A DNA stretch of 63,750 nt, the filler included, from Squatina squatina (Eukaryota), in assembly GCA_031763465.1 (NCBI GenBank). It is 3 parts of 3 records of this genome, joined end to end, with 100 filler letters (N's around TTAATTAATTAA, not from the genome) between each part and the next. Parts side by side here need not be neighbours in the genome. Positions count along the whole stretch, not along the records: positions 1 to 31,297 come from JARFOE010000115.1; positions 31,398 to 51,525 come from JARFOE010000203.1; 1 more part is not named here. One strand, written 5' to 3'. The notes beneath the pieces are model-generated. The model was not told the DNA's origin and ran no database searches. It saw only the letters and a program-made list of their open reading frames with translations. Positions 22,462 through 33,325 of the stretch are shown in pieces. The position numbers and the translations under genes were made by a program. How positions within the stretch are numbered: position 1 is the first letter of the stretch; each line of letters opens with the position of its first letter.

Positions 22462-23412
22462 GAAATGAATGAGACTTGCTCAAACATTAATCAGATCCTG
22501 GAAACCTACTACCTCACAACAATGTACAGCATTGAGTTCATCTTAGGCTTGATAGGGAATGTCACTGTGATATGTGGCTACATATTCTGCCTGAAGGAGT
22601 GGAGGTGCAGCAACATTTATCTCTTCAATCTTTCCATTTCGGATCTCATCTTTGTCTGTACACTTCCAATGTTTGTGGACTATTATGCCAATAATAAAAG
22701 TTGGGTATTTGGCAATCTTCTCTGCAAGCTGATCAGATATATTCTCTACACCAACTTGTACTTAAGCATGCTGTTCCTGGCCTGCATTAGCATTGATCGA
22801 TACTTGCTGGTGAGCAACCCATTGAGGCTCCACGTCTTCCAAAGGAAGAGGACTGCCGTCTTCATTTGTATCGGTCTGTGGATTTTTGTCACCTTGGAAA
22901 TACTCCCCATGCTGACTTTCATTGGTGCCGAAGGTAACAGTACCATCATTAAGTGCGTCGATTATGCGAGTTCTGGGAATCCTAGTCATAATCTGATTTA
23001 CAACATGTGTCTCACCATGTTCGGGTTCCTGCTCCCGATGTGCATCATGGGAGTCTTCTGCGTGAAAACCGCATGCAGGTTAAATAAATTAAATCAAGAG
23101 CAAACTCGGAATGTTACAATGGATAAACCTCTCACGCTAGTTATATTGGCAATTGTTATTTTCTCTGTATTTTTCACTCCTTTTCATATCTTGCGAACTG
23201 TCCGAGTGGTGTCCAGATTGAAAGTTATCAGCCTTTCAGATTGCACTATTGAGGCCATAAAGGCTGCTTATGCTATTTCAAGGCCTATAGCATTTCTTAG
23301 TGCAATTACAAATCCAATTTTCTACTTCCTTTCTGGAGACAAATTCAGGGAAAGAATTACAACCTGTATTAAGTCTCATTGGTTCAGAAATGTCCTGCGA
23401 CGTGCAAGATAA
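22462..23412 (+). CDS. SUCNR1: Succinate receptor 1 paralogue B, complete 7TM coding exon
   Basis: 315-aa ORF with all TMs, IDRY, CVDYASSG, DKPLTLVILA, TPFHILR, ISRPIAF, NPIFYFLSGDKFRE; acceptor aaattctag|GAA ATG. Confidence 0.95.
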   Translation, partial: EMNETCSNINQILETYYLTTMYSIEFILGLIGNVTVICGYIFCLKEWRCSNIYLFNLSISDLIFVCTLPMFVDYYANNKSWVFGNLLCKLIRYILYTNLYLSMLFLACISIDRYLLVSNPLRLHVFQRKRTAVFICIGLWIFVTLEILPMLTFIGAEGNSTIIKCVDYASSGNPSHNLIYNMCLTMFGFLLPMCIMGVFCVKTACRLNKLNQEQTRNVTMDKPLTLVILAIVIFSVFFTPFHILRTVRVVSRLKVISLSDCTIEAIKAAYAISRPIAFLSAITNPIFYFLSGDKFRERITTCIKSHWFRNVLRRAR

Positions 23413-23965
23413 GTCTGCACTAATAACCGAGGCCTGTCACTTTGGGAAGAGACAGGGCTTTGTAGCCTTAGTTTGGAGAGTGATGGCCCCTGATTACTCA
23501 AGAAAGTACAAAGTTTAATTATTCGGCCACATGTAACCTGGCAATACCTGAGGAGATATGAATTGTTCTGCAGATTCACTGAGGTAGGTTTTCAAATGCG
23601 CCATACCCGGGTCTAAAACTTGTAGTCGCGGGTTAGCCAGTCGTCATGGAAACTGGTCGTGCCAAATGAATAAAAGGGGCCCAAATCTCGACCCTACTTT
23701 GGAGGCTGCTTCCTAGCCAGTGTCTGTAGCTTGAGTTATAAGGAAAGACCGGGGAAACTAAAACAAGGAATTTTTCCTGGAGCTGGTCTTCCTCCACCAC
23801 CACACTTCAACCAGAATTGTGGCAGAAACCAGTAGATGGAAAATCATGGGCATCCTGCCCATGATTTCCAGATATATGCAACGCCTGCTGACAATAACAA
23901 CTCAGAAAAACAGATGCAAATATATTGGTATCATTACTGGATGGTTATTGCATTGTTGGGGTAAT

Positions 23966-24668
23966 TAGAAACATAGAAAATAGGAGCAGGATTAGGCCAT
24001 TTGGCCCTTCGAGTATGCTCCGCCATTCACTACGACCATGGCTGAACCTCTAGCTCATTGCCATATTCCCGCTTTCTCCCCTTACCCCCTGATGTCTTTG
24101 GTATCTAAAAATCTATTTATCTCCTTCTTGAATATACTCAGTGACCCAGCCTTTGCAGCCTTCTGTGGTAGAGAATTCCACAGGTTCACTACCCTCTGGG
24201 TGAAGACATTTTTCCTCATCTCAGTCCTAAATGACTTCCCCTGTATCCTGAGACTGTGTCCCCTGGTCCTGGACTCCCCAACTAGGGGAAACATCCTCCC
24301 TGCATCGAGTCTGTCTAGCCCTGTCAGAATGAGATCACCTCTCCTTCTAAACCCTAGTGAATACAGGCCCACTCGATCCATTCTCTCCTCATACGACAGT
24401 CCTGCCTTCCTAGGTATCAGTCCGGTGAACCTTCTCTGCATTCCTCTATGGCAAGTATATCCTTCTTAAGTAGGGAGACCAAAGCTGCACGCAATACTCC
24501 AGGTGTGGCCTCACCAAGGACCTATATAATTGCAGTAAGACATCCTTACTTCTGTACTCATATCATCTTGCAATGAAGGCCAAAATACCACTTGCCTTCC
24601 TAACTGCTTGCTGCACTTGCCAGTTTGCTTTCATTGACTGGTGTACAAGGACACCCAGGTCCCTTTGC
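23966..24668 (-). mobile_element. CR1 LINE 3' end
   Basis: QRRFTGLIP..GLSYEER..RTRGHSLRI..RVVNLWNSLP; (tagaaaca) tail. Confidence 0.92.
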
Positions 24669-24859
24669 NNNNNNNNNNNNNNNNNNNNNNNNNNNNNNNN
24701 NNNNNNNNNNNNNNNNNNNNNNNNNNNNNNNNNNNNNNNNNNNNNNNNNNNNNNNNNNNNNNNNNNNNACCCAACATCATTCCAAAAGCAAATGATTGGG
24801 CCATCATCACGCTCCTGTTTGAGACCTTGCTGTGCACAAATTGGCTACCTTGCTTCCTG

Positions 24860-24975
24860 CAGACAGTACTGCACTGGGAGCCTCGGCCCAGACTGTGTGC
24901 TGAAGTCTCTGGAGTGGGACTACGAATCCACAGCCTTTGACTCTGAGGCAAGAGTCCGACCACTGAGCCATGGCT
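24860..24975 (-). mobile_element. DeuSINE head fragment
   Basis: Reverse complement gives tggctcagtgg..gattcgtagtcccactccagagactt. Confidence 0.7.
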
Positions 24976-25068
24976 GGCTCCCTTTTTGGTCAGTTCTTCA
25001 ATGCATTTTAATCACGCGTCTCTATGTATCTCTTTCAGCTAACTCTGTTACTTGTTTGTGATTTCTAG

Positions 25069-25587
25069 GGNNNNNNNNNNGGACGAGCCTTGCAGAGATA
25101 TTAATGGTGACGTTGAAAAGTACTATCTCGCGACAATGTACATCATTGAGTTCATAGTGGGGCTGATAGGGAACCTCATTGTGATAACCGGCTATATCTT
25201 CTGCCTGAAGAAATGGAAATGCAGCAACATCTATCTCTTCTTCCTCTCTGTCTCTGATCTCCTTTTTATTTGTACGCTTCCGATGTTTGCCATCCAATAC
25301 ATAAATAACAGCGAATGGTTCTACAGCGACCTGAGCTGTAAGTTCACTCGGTATTTCCTCAACTCTAACCTCTACTTGAGTGTCCTCTACCTGACCTGCA
25401 TTAGTGTTGATCGATATTTGCTGGTGAGAAACCCAACGAAGCTCCACTGGTTCCAGAAAAAGCAGACAGCTGTCGCAATCTGTTTAATTTTGTGGGTCTT
25501 TGTCACCGTGGAGCTGATACCCATGTTCACTTTCATTGGCCCCAAGAACATCACAGATAACGACGAACAAATTATCGTATGTGTTGA
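25069..25587 (+). CDS. SUCNR1: Succinate receptor 1 paralogue C, TM1-ECL2; cut by gaps
   Basis: VEKYYLATMYIIEF, GYIFCLKKWKCSNIYL, VDRY, FVTVELIP; acceptor gatttctag|GG just before the 10-N gap. Confidence 0.9.
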
Positions 25588-25687
25588 NNNNNNNNNNNNN
25601 NNNNNNNNNNNNNNNNNNNNNNNNNNNNNNNNNNNNNNNNNNNNNNNNNNNNNNNNNNNNNNNNNNNNNNNNNNNNNNNNNNNNNNN

Positions 25688-26494
25688 CTGTCAAACATAT
25701 TGGCTCTCCTTGTGTTCTACCGTATCGCCAATAGGAAGAACGCCAGCACCGTCTACCTAATGAACCTTGCTGTCGCTGACCTCCTCTTTGTCCTCAGCCT
25801 ACCCTTGCGGATTGTCTACTACCTAAGAAATGGCGACTGGCCATTCAGAGATTTTCTGTGCAGGACCTCCACGTACATTTTCTACGTCAGTATGTACTGT
25901 AGTATTTTCTTTCTCGCTTGTTTGAGCATATCCCGCTATTTGTCAGTTGCGCATCATGTTTGGAATCAAAGAGTGTTCACTTTCCGGCGGTGCATAACAG
26001 TGTGCGTCGGTGTCTGGATATTTGTCTGTACGGCTGCAGCCCCCTTCATCTTAACAGGAAGCCAGGCCTTCAATGGTAAAATCAAATGCTTTGAGCCCGT
26101 GAATGTAGCTTCCTGGAGTCGCATCGCAAAAATGAACTACTTTGCACTCACCGTTGGGTTCCTCATCCCTTTCGCAATCGTTCTCATCTGTTATTCTCTG
26201 TTGATAAAACATTTAATGGGAGTCAGTTGGGGGACGAAGCGAGTCAAGAGGGATGTGGCCATGACTGTGTTGGTTTTGGGAGTGTTTTTTATCTGCTTCC
26301 TTCCCTACCATGTACAAAGGACGGTGCACTTGCATTTTCTGGTGCACCACCACAATAACTGCGACCTTGAAAATATCCTGCGCAAGTCTGTTGTGACTAC
26401 ATTGTGCCTGGCTGTTGCCAACAGCTGTTTCGATCCCCTGCTTTATATTTTTGTTGGGCAAGGCTGTCAAGGGATATGGAGCAAAGACGGGTAA
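25688..26494 (+). CDS. Cysteinyl leukotriene receptor family member (CysLT1-like, possibly the fish cysltr3 lineage); N-terminus lost in gap
   Basis: LPLRIVYY, YVSMYCSIFF, KCFEP, PYHVQRTVHLHFL, KSVVTTLCLA, CFDPLLY are CysLT receptor hallmarks. Confidence 0.85.
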   Translation: MSNILALLVFYRIANRKNASTVYLMNLAVADLLFVLSLPLRIVYYLRNGDWPFRDFLCRTSTYIFYVSMYCSIFFLACLSISRYLSVAHHVWNQRVFTFRRCITVCVGVWIFVCTAAAPFILTGSQAFNGKIKCFEPVNVASWSRIAKMNYFALTVGFLIPFAIVLICYSLLIKHLMGVSWGTKRVKRDVAMTVLVLGVFFICFLPYHVQRTVHLHFLVHHHNNCDLENILRKSVVTTLCLAVANSCFDPLLYIFVGQGCQGIWSKDG

Positions 26495-26582
26495 AGGAAG
26501 TTGACATACAGATCAATTATGATCTAATATAGGTGTAACAGGCTTGAAGGGTTGAAAGGCCTACTCCTGTTCCTATGTTCCT
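26463..26582 (+). mobile_element. Short CR1 3' tail overlapping the receptor C-terminus
   Basis: tcaagggatatgg..cagatc..atgatctaat..aggcttgaaggg..ggcctactcctgttcctatgttcct matches the CR1 3' ends elsewhere in the window (e.g. 5813-5942). Confidence 0.8.
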
Positions 26583-28287
26583 AGATTAAGCTTCAAATCC
26601 AGTACCTTTATTTTTGTACGTGCCTTCTTGGTACCAGTGCTTTTAGTTATAGCCTCAGGAATATATTTTAAGGAATAACTAAACCCTGATATCCCAGTGG
26701 TAAATTTGTTCTTTCCACTCCATTGTTTTGTCTTTATTTTTTATTATTCATTCTTTGGAGAACAATGGGCAACAATGGCAAGGAAGTATTTTTGCGATCT
26801 CTAGTTGTCCTGAATGCACTAAGAGTCAAGTGTGGGACATATAGGCCACATTGAGTAAGGGTAGCAGATTCTCTACTCTGAATGACATAAATGAACCAGT
26901 TGTATTTTTTGTGGGCTTTTTAAAATTCTATTTCGCATGGTGGGATTTGAACTCTTAACCTCTGAGGTTGCTAGTCACTACCCTAATATATTCATCATTA
27001 AATAACCATGGCATTTTCTCAGTTGTTTAATTTTAGAAGGAGCACTCAATACACATGTATTCAAGTCATCTGAATTGTCATGCAACATTCTTATGCTATT
27101 AGGCACTCATAGTTCTTAAATATACATCTTCCCCAATTTTAAATATGAACTGAATCTAAGTGTTGCAATTTATCCACAATTCTTAGCAGTGAAATGTCCT
27201 GCCTACCAACATAACTGCAGATTGAAGTCATCATCAAACATCTAGAAATAATTAAACTTTCAAAGTAATTAAAAGCAAAGAACAATAATCAATGTAATGA
27301 AAGGAATTACTTCAATATTGGAGTTTAGTTCCTTTTTAAGAATATAGCATAATCTCATGATTTTTTAACCTTGTAGAATTAAGTTATGCTCTTATGAAAC
27401 ACTTCCAAATGGTATTGTTTCACCTTCAGAATGAATCAGACATAACAATCCCCAATGCATGCCCCAAAAATACTCGTCTAGTCTTTAGAGCCATTTCTAG
27501 CGGCATTTGTTAATAAATCCTTTAAATCCATCAAAACTGGATGTAATTTTATACGCAACCGTTTAGGTCACCTAAATTTGTCTTTTATTACAGACTGTTT
27601 TTGTTTCTGTTCTCAAGGTTTCTAATTTTAAACCATGTGGTTTTTTTTCCTGAGGATTCTGATATCCCTAGGCAGGGCATAATTTAGTGATTATGGTGCC
27701 TCAAGGCCATTTTCATTCAAATTAATTTCTGCAATAATAAAATGTTTAAAAGGTAAAAATAAGTACATCTTGTTTACAAAGAATAGTTTAATATGGATAT
27801 CCTTTAGGAAAATTGTGAAGTGAAAAATCGCTTTGATACAATACTAAACTTGAAATGTAAATGGAGCTTTAGGGAAAGCGAAACAATAATTCCTATGGAA
27901 AAAATAGCTAATTTAGACCAGTCATACCAATAATTTGTTAGGTTACTGTGTCACTTTGTCTTAAACTCTTATGTGGGTGACGAAGTAGGGTATTTGGACT
28001 GTAAATTGGGAGTAATAATTCATTTTACAACTAATGTATGGTATATTCCTATTTTGTAAGCTATCCAACTAAACAGCACATCCATACATCAAGCTGGAAA
28101 TGAATTACTTGACCTGTATAAATTTAACACGTATTCCACTGGCAGTCGGATCTAGAAAATCACCTTGTTTTCGGAATTAAATTGGAAACAAAGCCCTGAG
28201 GTTTAAGGTGCCAACCATCTGGACAAAAACAAATCCCAGGTGCACAAGAGCCGCACAGGAGGAAATTGCCAGCTGGTTAAACATAAT

Positions 28288-28510
28288 GGCCCTGAAGTTG
28301 CGATTGGAGACTTCCTGCGTGCAGATGCTTCCAATCGCAAAAAAAGTTACGTACTTACCTAAGGGTCCTGGATCCACGTGACCTTGCGATATTCAGCGCC
28401 CCACCCGAGTTGGAGATTCGGAGCGGGGCTCTCTAATTTCCCGGGCAAGTCGAGCGAAGAGGCTGGAGAGGTCACATGCGAGGCCCCAGCCAATCAGGTA
28501 GGTGTTTCTT
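28288..28510. mobile_element. MITE end (same family as 11391-12125), truncated by gap
   Basis: Reverse complement of ~11915-12125. Confidence 0.7.
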
Positions 28511-28610
28511 NNNNNNNNNNNNNNNNNNNNNNNNNNNNNNNNNNNNNNNNNNNNNNNNNNNNNNNNNNNNNNNNNNNNNNNNNNNNNNNNNNNNNNNNNN
28601 NNNNNNNNNN

Positions 28611-29079
28611 TCTTCAGTCTCGTGGCGTACATGGCCCCATCGTCCCGCAGCACGTCGTACTCGCAGGTCACAATGTAGGCCTGCGGCAGCGCCTTGAGCT
28701 TCTCGTCCCCCGCCAGGAGGGGGGCGGCCCTCGGGTCGAAGACCCCGGGGACCCTCGCGGAGGAGTCCGTGTTCTCGCGGCCTGGGACGGCGTACTTGTA
28801 GTCCTTCCTGAATTTCTCCGGCAGGAGGACGCTCCAGTTCACAAAATCGCTCAAGCCCCTCGATTCGAGGGTGGTGTGGCTGTTGGTCATCATGTTGTTC
28901 AGCAGCGACTTGTCGCAGCTAAAATATTCACTCCAAAACCTGACCATTAAGGACTTGGGGAGGATAGGCATGTTCTCATTTTGCTGGTAGGAAGGAGTGT
29001 TAAAGTCAATGGTCTGAAGTGCAGGGTAGACTAATGCTTGAACCTTGATCTCAACTTCAACCCCTGGATCCTCCTGGAT
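28611..29079 (-). CDS. AADAC: Arylacetamide deacetylase family esterase, last coding exon (3' end in gap)
   Basis: QALVYPALQ..PSYQQN..KSLMVRFWSEYF..FVNWSVLLPE..RAAPLLA..TCEYDVLRDDG (catalytic Asp region); acceptor ttgtcttgcag|ATC. AADAC versus AADACL2-type is not resolvable by eye. Confidence 0.88.
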
Positions 29080-29373
29080 CTGCAAGACAATCCCTTTATT
29101 ATTAAGTATTCAAAGAATTACACAAAGGTATTAACATAGACATGTTTGTATGATAATATTTTGTAATCTTAATCACGAGACCATTTTCCAGGCTAGATAG
29201 AAAAAATTGCAAATCTGAAACTGAAGCAGAAAATGTCAAATACCCAACAAGCCCATCACTTAGATCTGACTAANNNNNNNNNNNNNNNNNNNNNNNNNNN
29301 NNNNNNNNNNNNNNNNNNNNNNNNNNNNNNNNNNNNNNNNNNNNNNNNNNNNNNNNNNNNNNNNNNNNNNNNN

Positions 29374-29742
29374 CAAGCCCCACTCCCGAGACTTGAGCAC
29401 AAAAATCCAGGCTGACACGCCGGTGCAGTGCTGAGGGAGTGCTGCACAGTCGGAGGTGCCATCCTTTAAACCAAAGCACCGTCTGCTCTCTCAGGTGAAT
29501 GTAAACGATCACTATTTCATAGAAGAGCAGGGGAGTCCTGGCCAATATTTATCCCTCAACCAAATTCACTAAAAAAAAATTATCTGGTCATTATCTCATT
29601 TCTATTTGTGGGACCTTGCTGTGCATAAATTGGCTGTCACGTTTCCGACTGCAGTTCAAAAAGTGCTCCATTGGCTGTAAAGCGCTTTGGGACATCCAGA
29701 GGTCGTGAAAGGTGCTATATAAATGCAAGTCTTTCTATCTTT
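29374..29742 (+). mobile_element. DeuSINE (SacSINE1-like), near complete
   Basis: Deu core gtcctggccaatatttatccctcaacc..ttatctggtcattatc..gtgggaccttgctgtgc..aaattggctg and tail gaaaggtgctatataaatgcaagtc. Confidence 0.9.
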
Positions 29743-30324
29743 TGAACGTTTCTACTGAATCTGCTTCCACTGCCCTTTCAAGGCATGAAAATACTGGTCA
29801 ATATGACGATGTACATATCATTACTTTTGCTCTCAAACTCTAGCCCAATCCATTGGTTTTACTCATAGCTTTAAAAAAAACAGATAGACCACACATGTTT
29901 TGTATTTGTTAAGTGTTTTAAATGCCCTTTGTGGTTCTTTGTGAGTCTGCTCATTATTTAAAGGATTATTTAAACCCTATGTAGTGTTTACAATATAAAA
30001 CTGTTCTCCAGTGCTCTTCCTAGCAGACACTCGCGTCACCACAGTGACATTAAAGAACCACTGAGCCTCGGTATTAGCTTTGCCTCTTGAAGCGATCATT
30101 TCCAGATGTTTTATACGACCTCTGTGGTGCCGACCTTGGCAGTGATGCTGTAAGGAGCAAAGCACATAATAAATTCAGTGTCACATCTTTACATGTTGCA
30201 CCCTTTGAGAATTCCTCTCTATAATAACGATACTGCAGTGCAGCCATGATCAGGTTAGTGGCATCGTTAACTGATTAGTGGCGTCACACAATTGTTTTTG
30301 GACGGAATCCTGGAATGCAATAGC

Positions 30325-30705
30325 AACAACTTGTGTTTATATAGTGCCCTTAACGGAGTAAAATGTTCCAAGGTACTTCACAGGCGCATTACCAAACAAA
30401 GTTTGACACCGAGCCACATAAGGAGATATCAGGACAGGTGACCAAAAGTTTGGTCAAAGAGGTAGGTTTTAAGGAGCATCTTAAAGGAGGAAAGAGGGGT
30501 AGAGGCAGAGAAGTTTAGGGAGGGAATTCCAGAGCTTAGGACCCAGGCAGCTGAAGGCACAGCCACCAGTGGTTGAGCAATTAAAATCAGGGATGTCCAA
30601 GAGGCCAGAATCAGAGGAGCGCAGGTATCTCGGGGGTTTGTGGGGTGGGAGGAGATTACAGAGATAGGGAGGGATTTGAAAACATGGATGAATATTTTAA
30701 AATAC
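30325..30705 (-). mobile_element. L2-clade LINE 3' end
   Basis: Minus strand ..SSFKMLLKTYLFDQTF motif and tail ctatataaacacaagttgttg; second copy at 37881-38093. Confidence 0.75.
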
Positions 30706-31129
30706 ATTTGAAGTAAGTTTTAAATGCAGGTAAAAACACAGGTTAAAGACAGATTTAATAAAAAAGAACTTGATCAGTTCAGTCACTATAAACCAAAAAC
30801 CCCATCTCCAAAAACACCAGTCAAATCTGGAATTTGGTGTAATCAAAGACGGAATATGACAGATTCGGTCACTATAACCCGATAGCCCAAATTACAAGCG
30901 GATGGAATCAGGAATGTGATCTCCAAAACAACAATAAAAAAACCCCATATAATTGAAACGGGATTTGCTTTTTCAGTCACAGTAAATCAGTAGCCCTATG
31001 TTTAATGGTAAGCAAAGGCAAGTACAGACAGAATATTATTACCTGGGATTAGCGTTTAGGACAAAGGACTGAAAAAATAGCAACAGAAAGAACTGCCATT
31101 AAAATCAATGATATGGCAGTGAAAGTATG

Positions 31130-31297
31130 TGAGAGTGTGTGCGTGTGTGTATGTGTGAGAGAGAGTGTGTGAAAGATTGTGTGTGGGAGTGTGTGTAAAA
31201 TGTATGAGAATGTGAGATAGTGTGTTTGAGAGAAAGTGTGTGAAAGAGTGTGTGTGAGAATGTGTATGAGAGTGTGAGATAGAGTGAGTGATAGTGT
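31130..31297. repeat. (GT/GA)n low-complexity repeat
   Basis: Direct inspection. Confidence 0.9.
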
Positions 31298-31397
31298 NNN
31301 NNNNNNNNNNNNNNNNNNNNNNNNNNNNNNNNNNNNNNNNNTTAATTAATTAANNNNNNNNNNNNNNNNNNNNNNNNNNNNNNNNNNNNNNNNNNNN
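31298..31397. other. Artificial scaffolding linker 44N-TTAATTAATTAA-44N
   Basis: Exactly 100 bp, stop codons in all six frames; identical construct at 51526-51625. Confidence 0.95.
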
Positions 31398-33212
31398 CTT
31401 CCCACGCATTTTGGGTACGGAAAGAAAAATCACGCTGTGACCAGGTGAGTAGCAGGATCGGCTGTCAGGACTGTCCCATGGGGGGGGGTTCACGACTGGT
31501 GGCCATGAGCCTGTCACAAGAGAGGCCGGAGCTTTACTCATGCTCCTCCGGACTCCATAAGGAAAATTAAAAAACATTTTAACTCTGATTTTTGGCTCCA
31601 ATCCTTTTCCCTGCTCGGTTGGCCTTTCAGGAAACTCACCGCCGTTTCCCACCTGGGCCTCCTAATGAAAAATGCAGTCTGGTCCCAATGACATCATCGG
31701 GACCTGACATACATATGTTAAAAAAGAACCTGGCTTGCTTTGGGTGGGTGTCCTTGCTCCCAGCTCAGGAGAGCAGGTGAAAATCACAATTGATCAGCTC
31801 CTGGCGGCTACAGAAAGAAAAAAAAGACTTGCATTTATGTAGCGCCTTTCACGACCAGTGGACGTCTCAAAGCACTTTACAGCCAACTAAGTACTTTTGG
31901 CGCATAGTAATTTGGGAATACAGGGCGAGTAATTAATCTGGGTGATATCCACCCACTCAAGTTCCACTGTATGAGTTGGGTTACAATCGCCCCCCAAATC
32001 GCACGTTGCATGTTCTTTGAACTTCATGATATTGCCAGAAGGATTTTATGTCTTTTTTTAAATTTGGGCACAAACAGTGCATTCTTTGCTGTTTGTATAA
32101 TATAGTATCATTGGCATATTTGCTGAAATTGTCCTTTGAGGGGTTCGTCTCCAAACAATCAGTCAGTAATTAAATTTAATTATTCTTATTGGTGTGATAT
32201 TTTCCATTTCCTATACCAGCCTTTCTTCGACCTCAATGAGTAATATTCCTCAATTAGTGTCAATTTATGCTTCATTTCAGACGGTGAACTCAANNNNNNN
32301 NNNNNNNNNNNNNNNNNNNNNNNNNNNNNNNNNNNNNNNNNNNNNNNNNNNNNNNNNNNNNNNNNNNNNNNNNNNNNNNNNNNNNNNNNNNNNTTCTTGT
32401 ATGCTCGGTGTCAAGTTTTGTTTTATAACACTCCTGTGAAGCGCCTTGGGACGTTTAACTACATTAAAAAGGTACTATATAAATACAAGTGGTTGTTGAG
32501 ATGGCACAAAGGAGGCTACACCCAAAAATACAACATAGATCCTCACTGCAATAACCACAAGCCTAGAGGCTGGCTGTTGCAGTATCTTTGCTTGCAGTTC
32601 TCCTACCTCAGACCAGATTCAGTCAGCCCAGACAGATGGGATAAAAGCCTTGTTTCTGTGACAGCTGTTATGGGTCTTAAGTGAAGTCAGTCAGTGTAGG
32701 CTCAATCTGGTTTCCCATGGGACAGGAGTCTACTACATAAAACTTTCCTTTGGCTTTGACTTATAATGGGAACTCAGAAGTTACTGAAGACTGGTAATTC
32801 ACCCGTTCCAATCTTGTGCCATTATAGTACACCTCAAGGCTAGACACAGGTTGATAACTAGATTACTGATACTTGAATTGTACTCAATAGCATTGGGGAG
32901 TAGGAAATATCTATGTAGAACTTCCAATTAGGAGATGAAATAGATTCACAGAGTCCACGATAGGGTAAGCAATCTGTGGGAGGAGGAGACTTGATGAACT
33001 GAACAGTCTTGTNNNNNNNNNNNNNNNNNNNNNNNNNNNNNNNNNNNNNNNNNNNNNNNNNNNNNNNNNNNNNNNNNNNNNNNNNNNNNNNNNNNNNNNN
33101 NNNNNNNNNNNNCTGGGTGTGGCAACTCTTGGCAGCTGACCAGGGACTGTCATGAAGTCAAGGAAGTAGAATATTTGCAGCACTAGAAAGTAATGAAGTA
33201 TTCACTGTGGTG

Positions 33213-33325
33213 CTAATCTGTTTTGGTGGTATTATTTGAGGGATAAATGTTGGCCAGGACACTAGGAGGACTCCCTGCTTTTCTTCGAATAGTGCCATGG
33301 GATCTTTTACGTCCACCTGAGAGGA
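33213..33325 (-). mobile_element. DeuSINE fragment
   Basis: Reverse complement of the Deu core. Confidence 0.75.

Noticed and set aside
25052-26494. 480-aa ORF that looks like a SUCNR1-CysLT fusion receptor
   Set aside because: It reads through a 100-N gap joining two different genes on separate contigs.
28393-28510. Apparent AADAC C-terminus in the ORF track
   Set aside because: Beyond the gap; it is MITE sequence.
29977-30150. Minus-strand acceptor and short frames upstream of the AADAC exon
   Set aside because: Does not encode the expected GDSAG-containing exon; no recognisable product; on a different contig.
31342-31353. TTAATTAATTAA palindrome (also at 51570-51581)
   Set aside because: Centred in exactly 44+44 Ns twice; a scaffolding linker, not biology.
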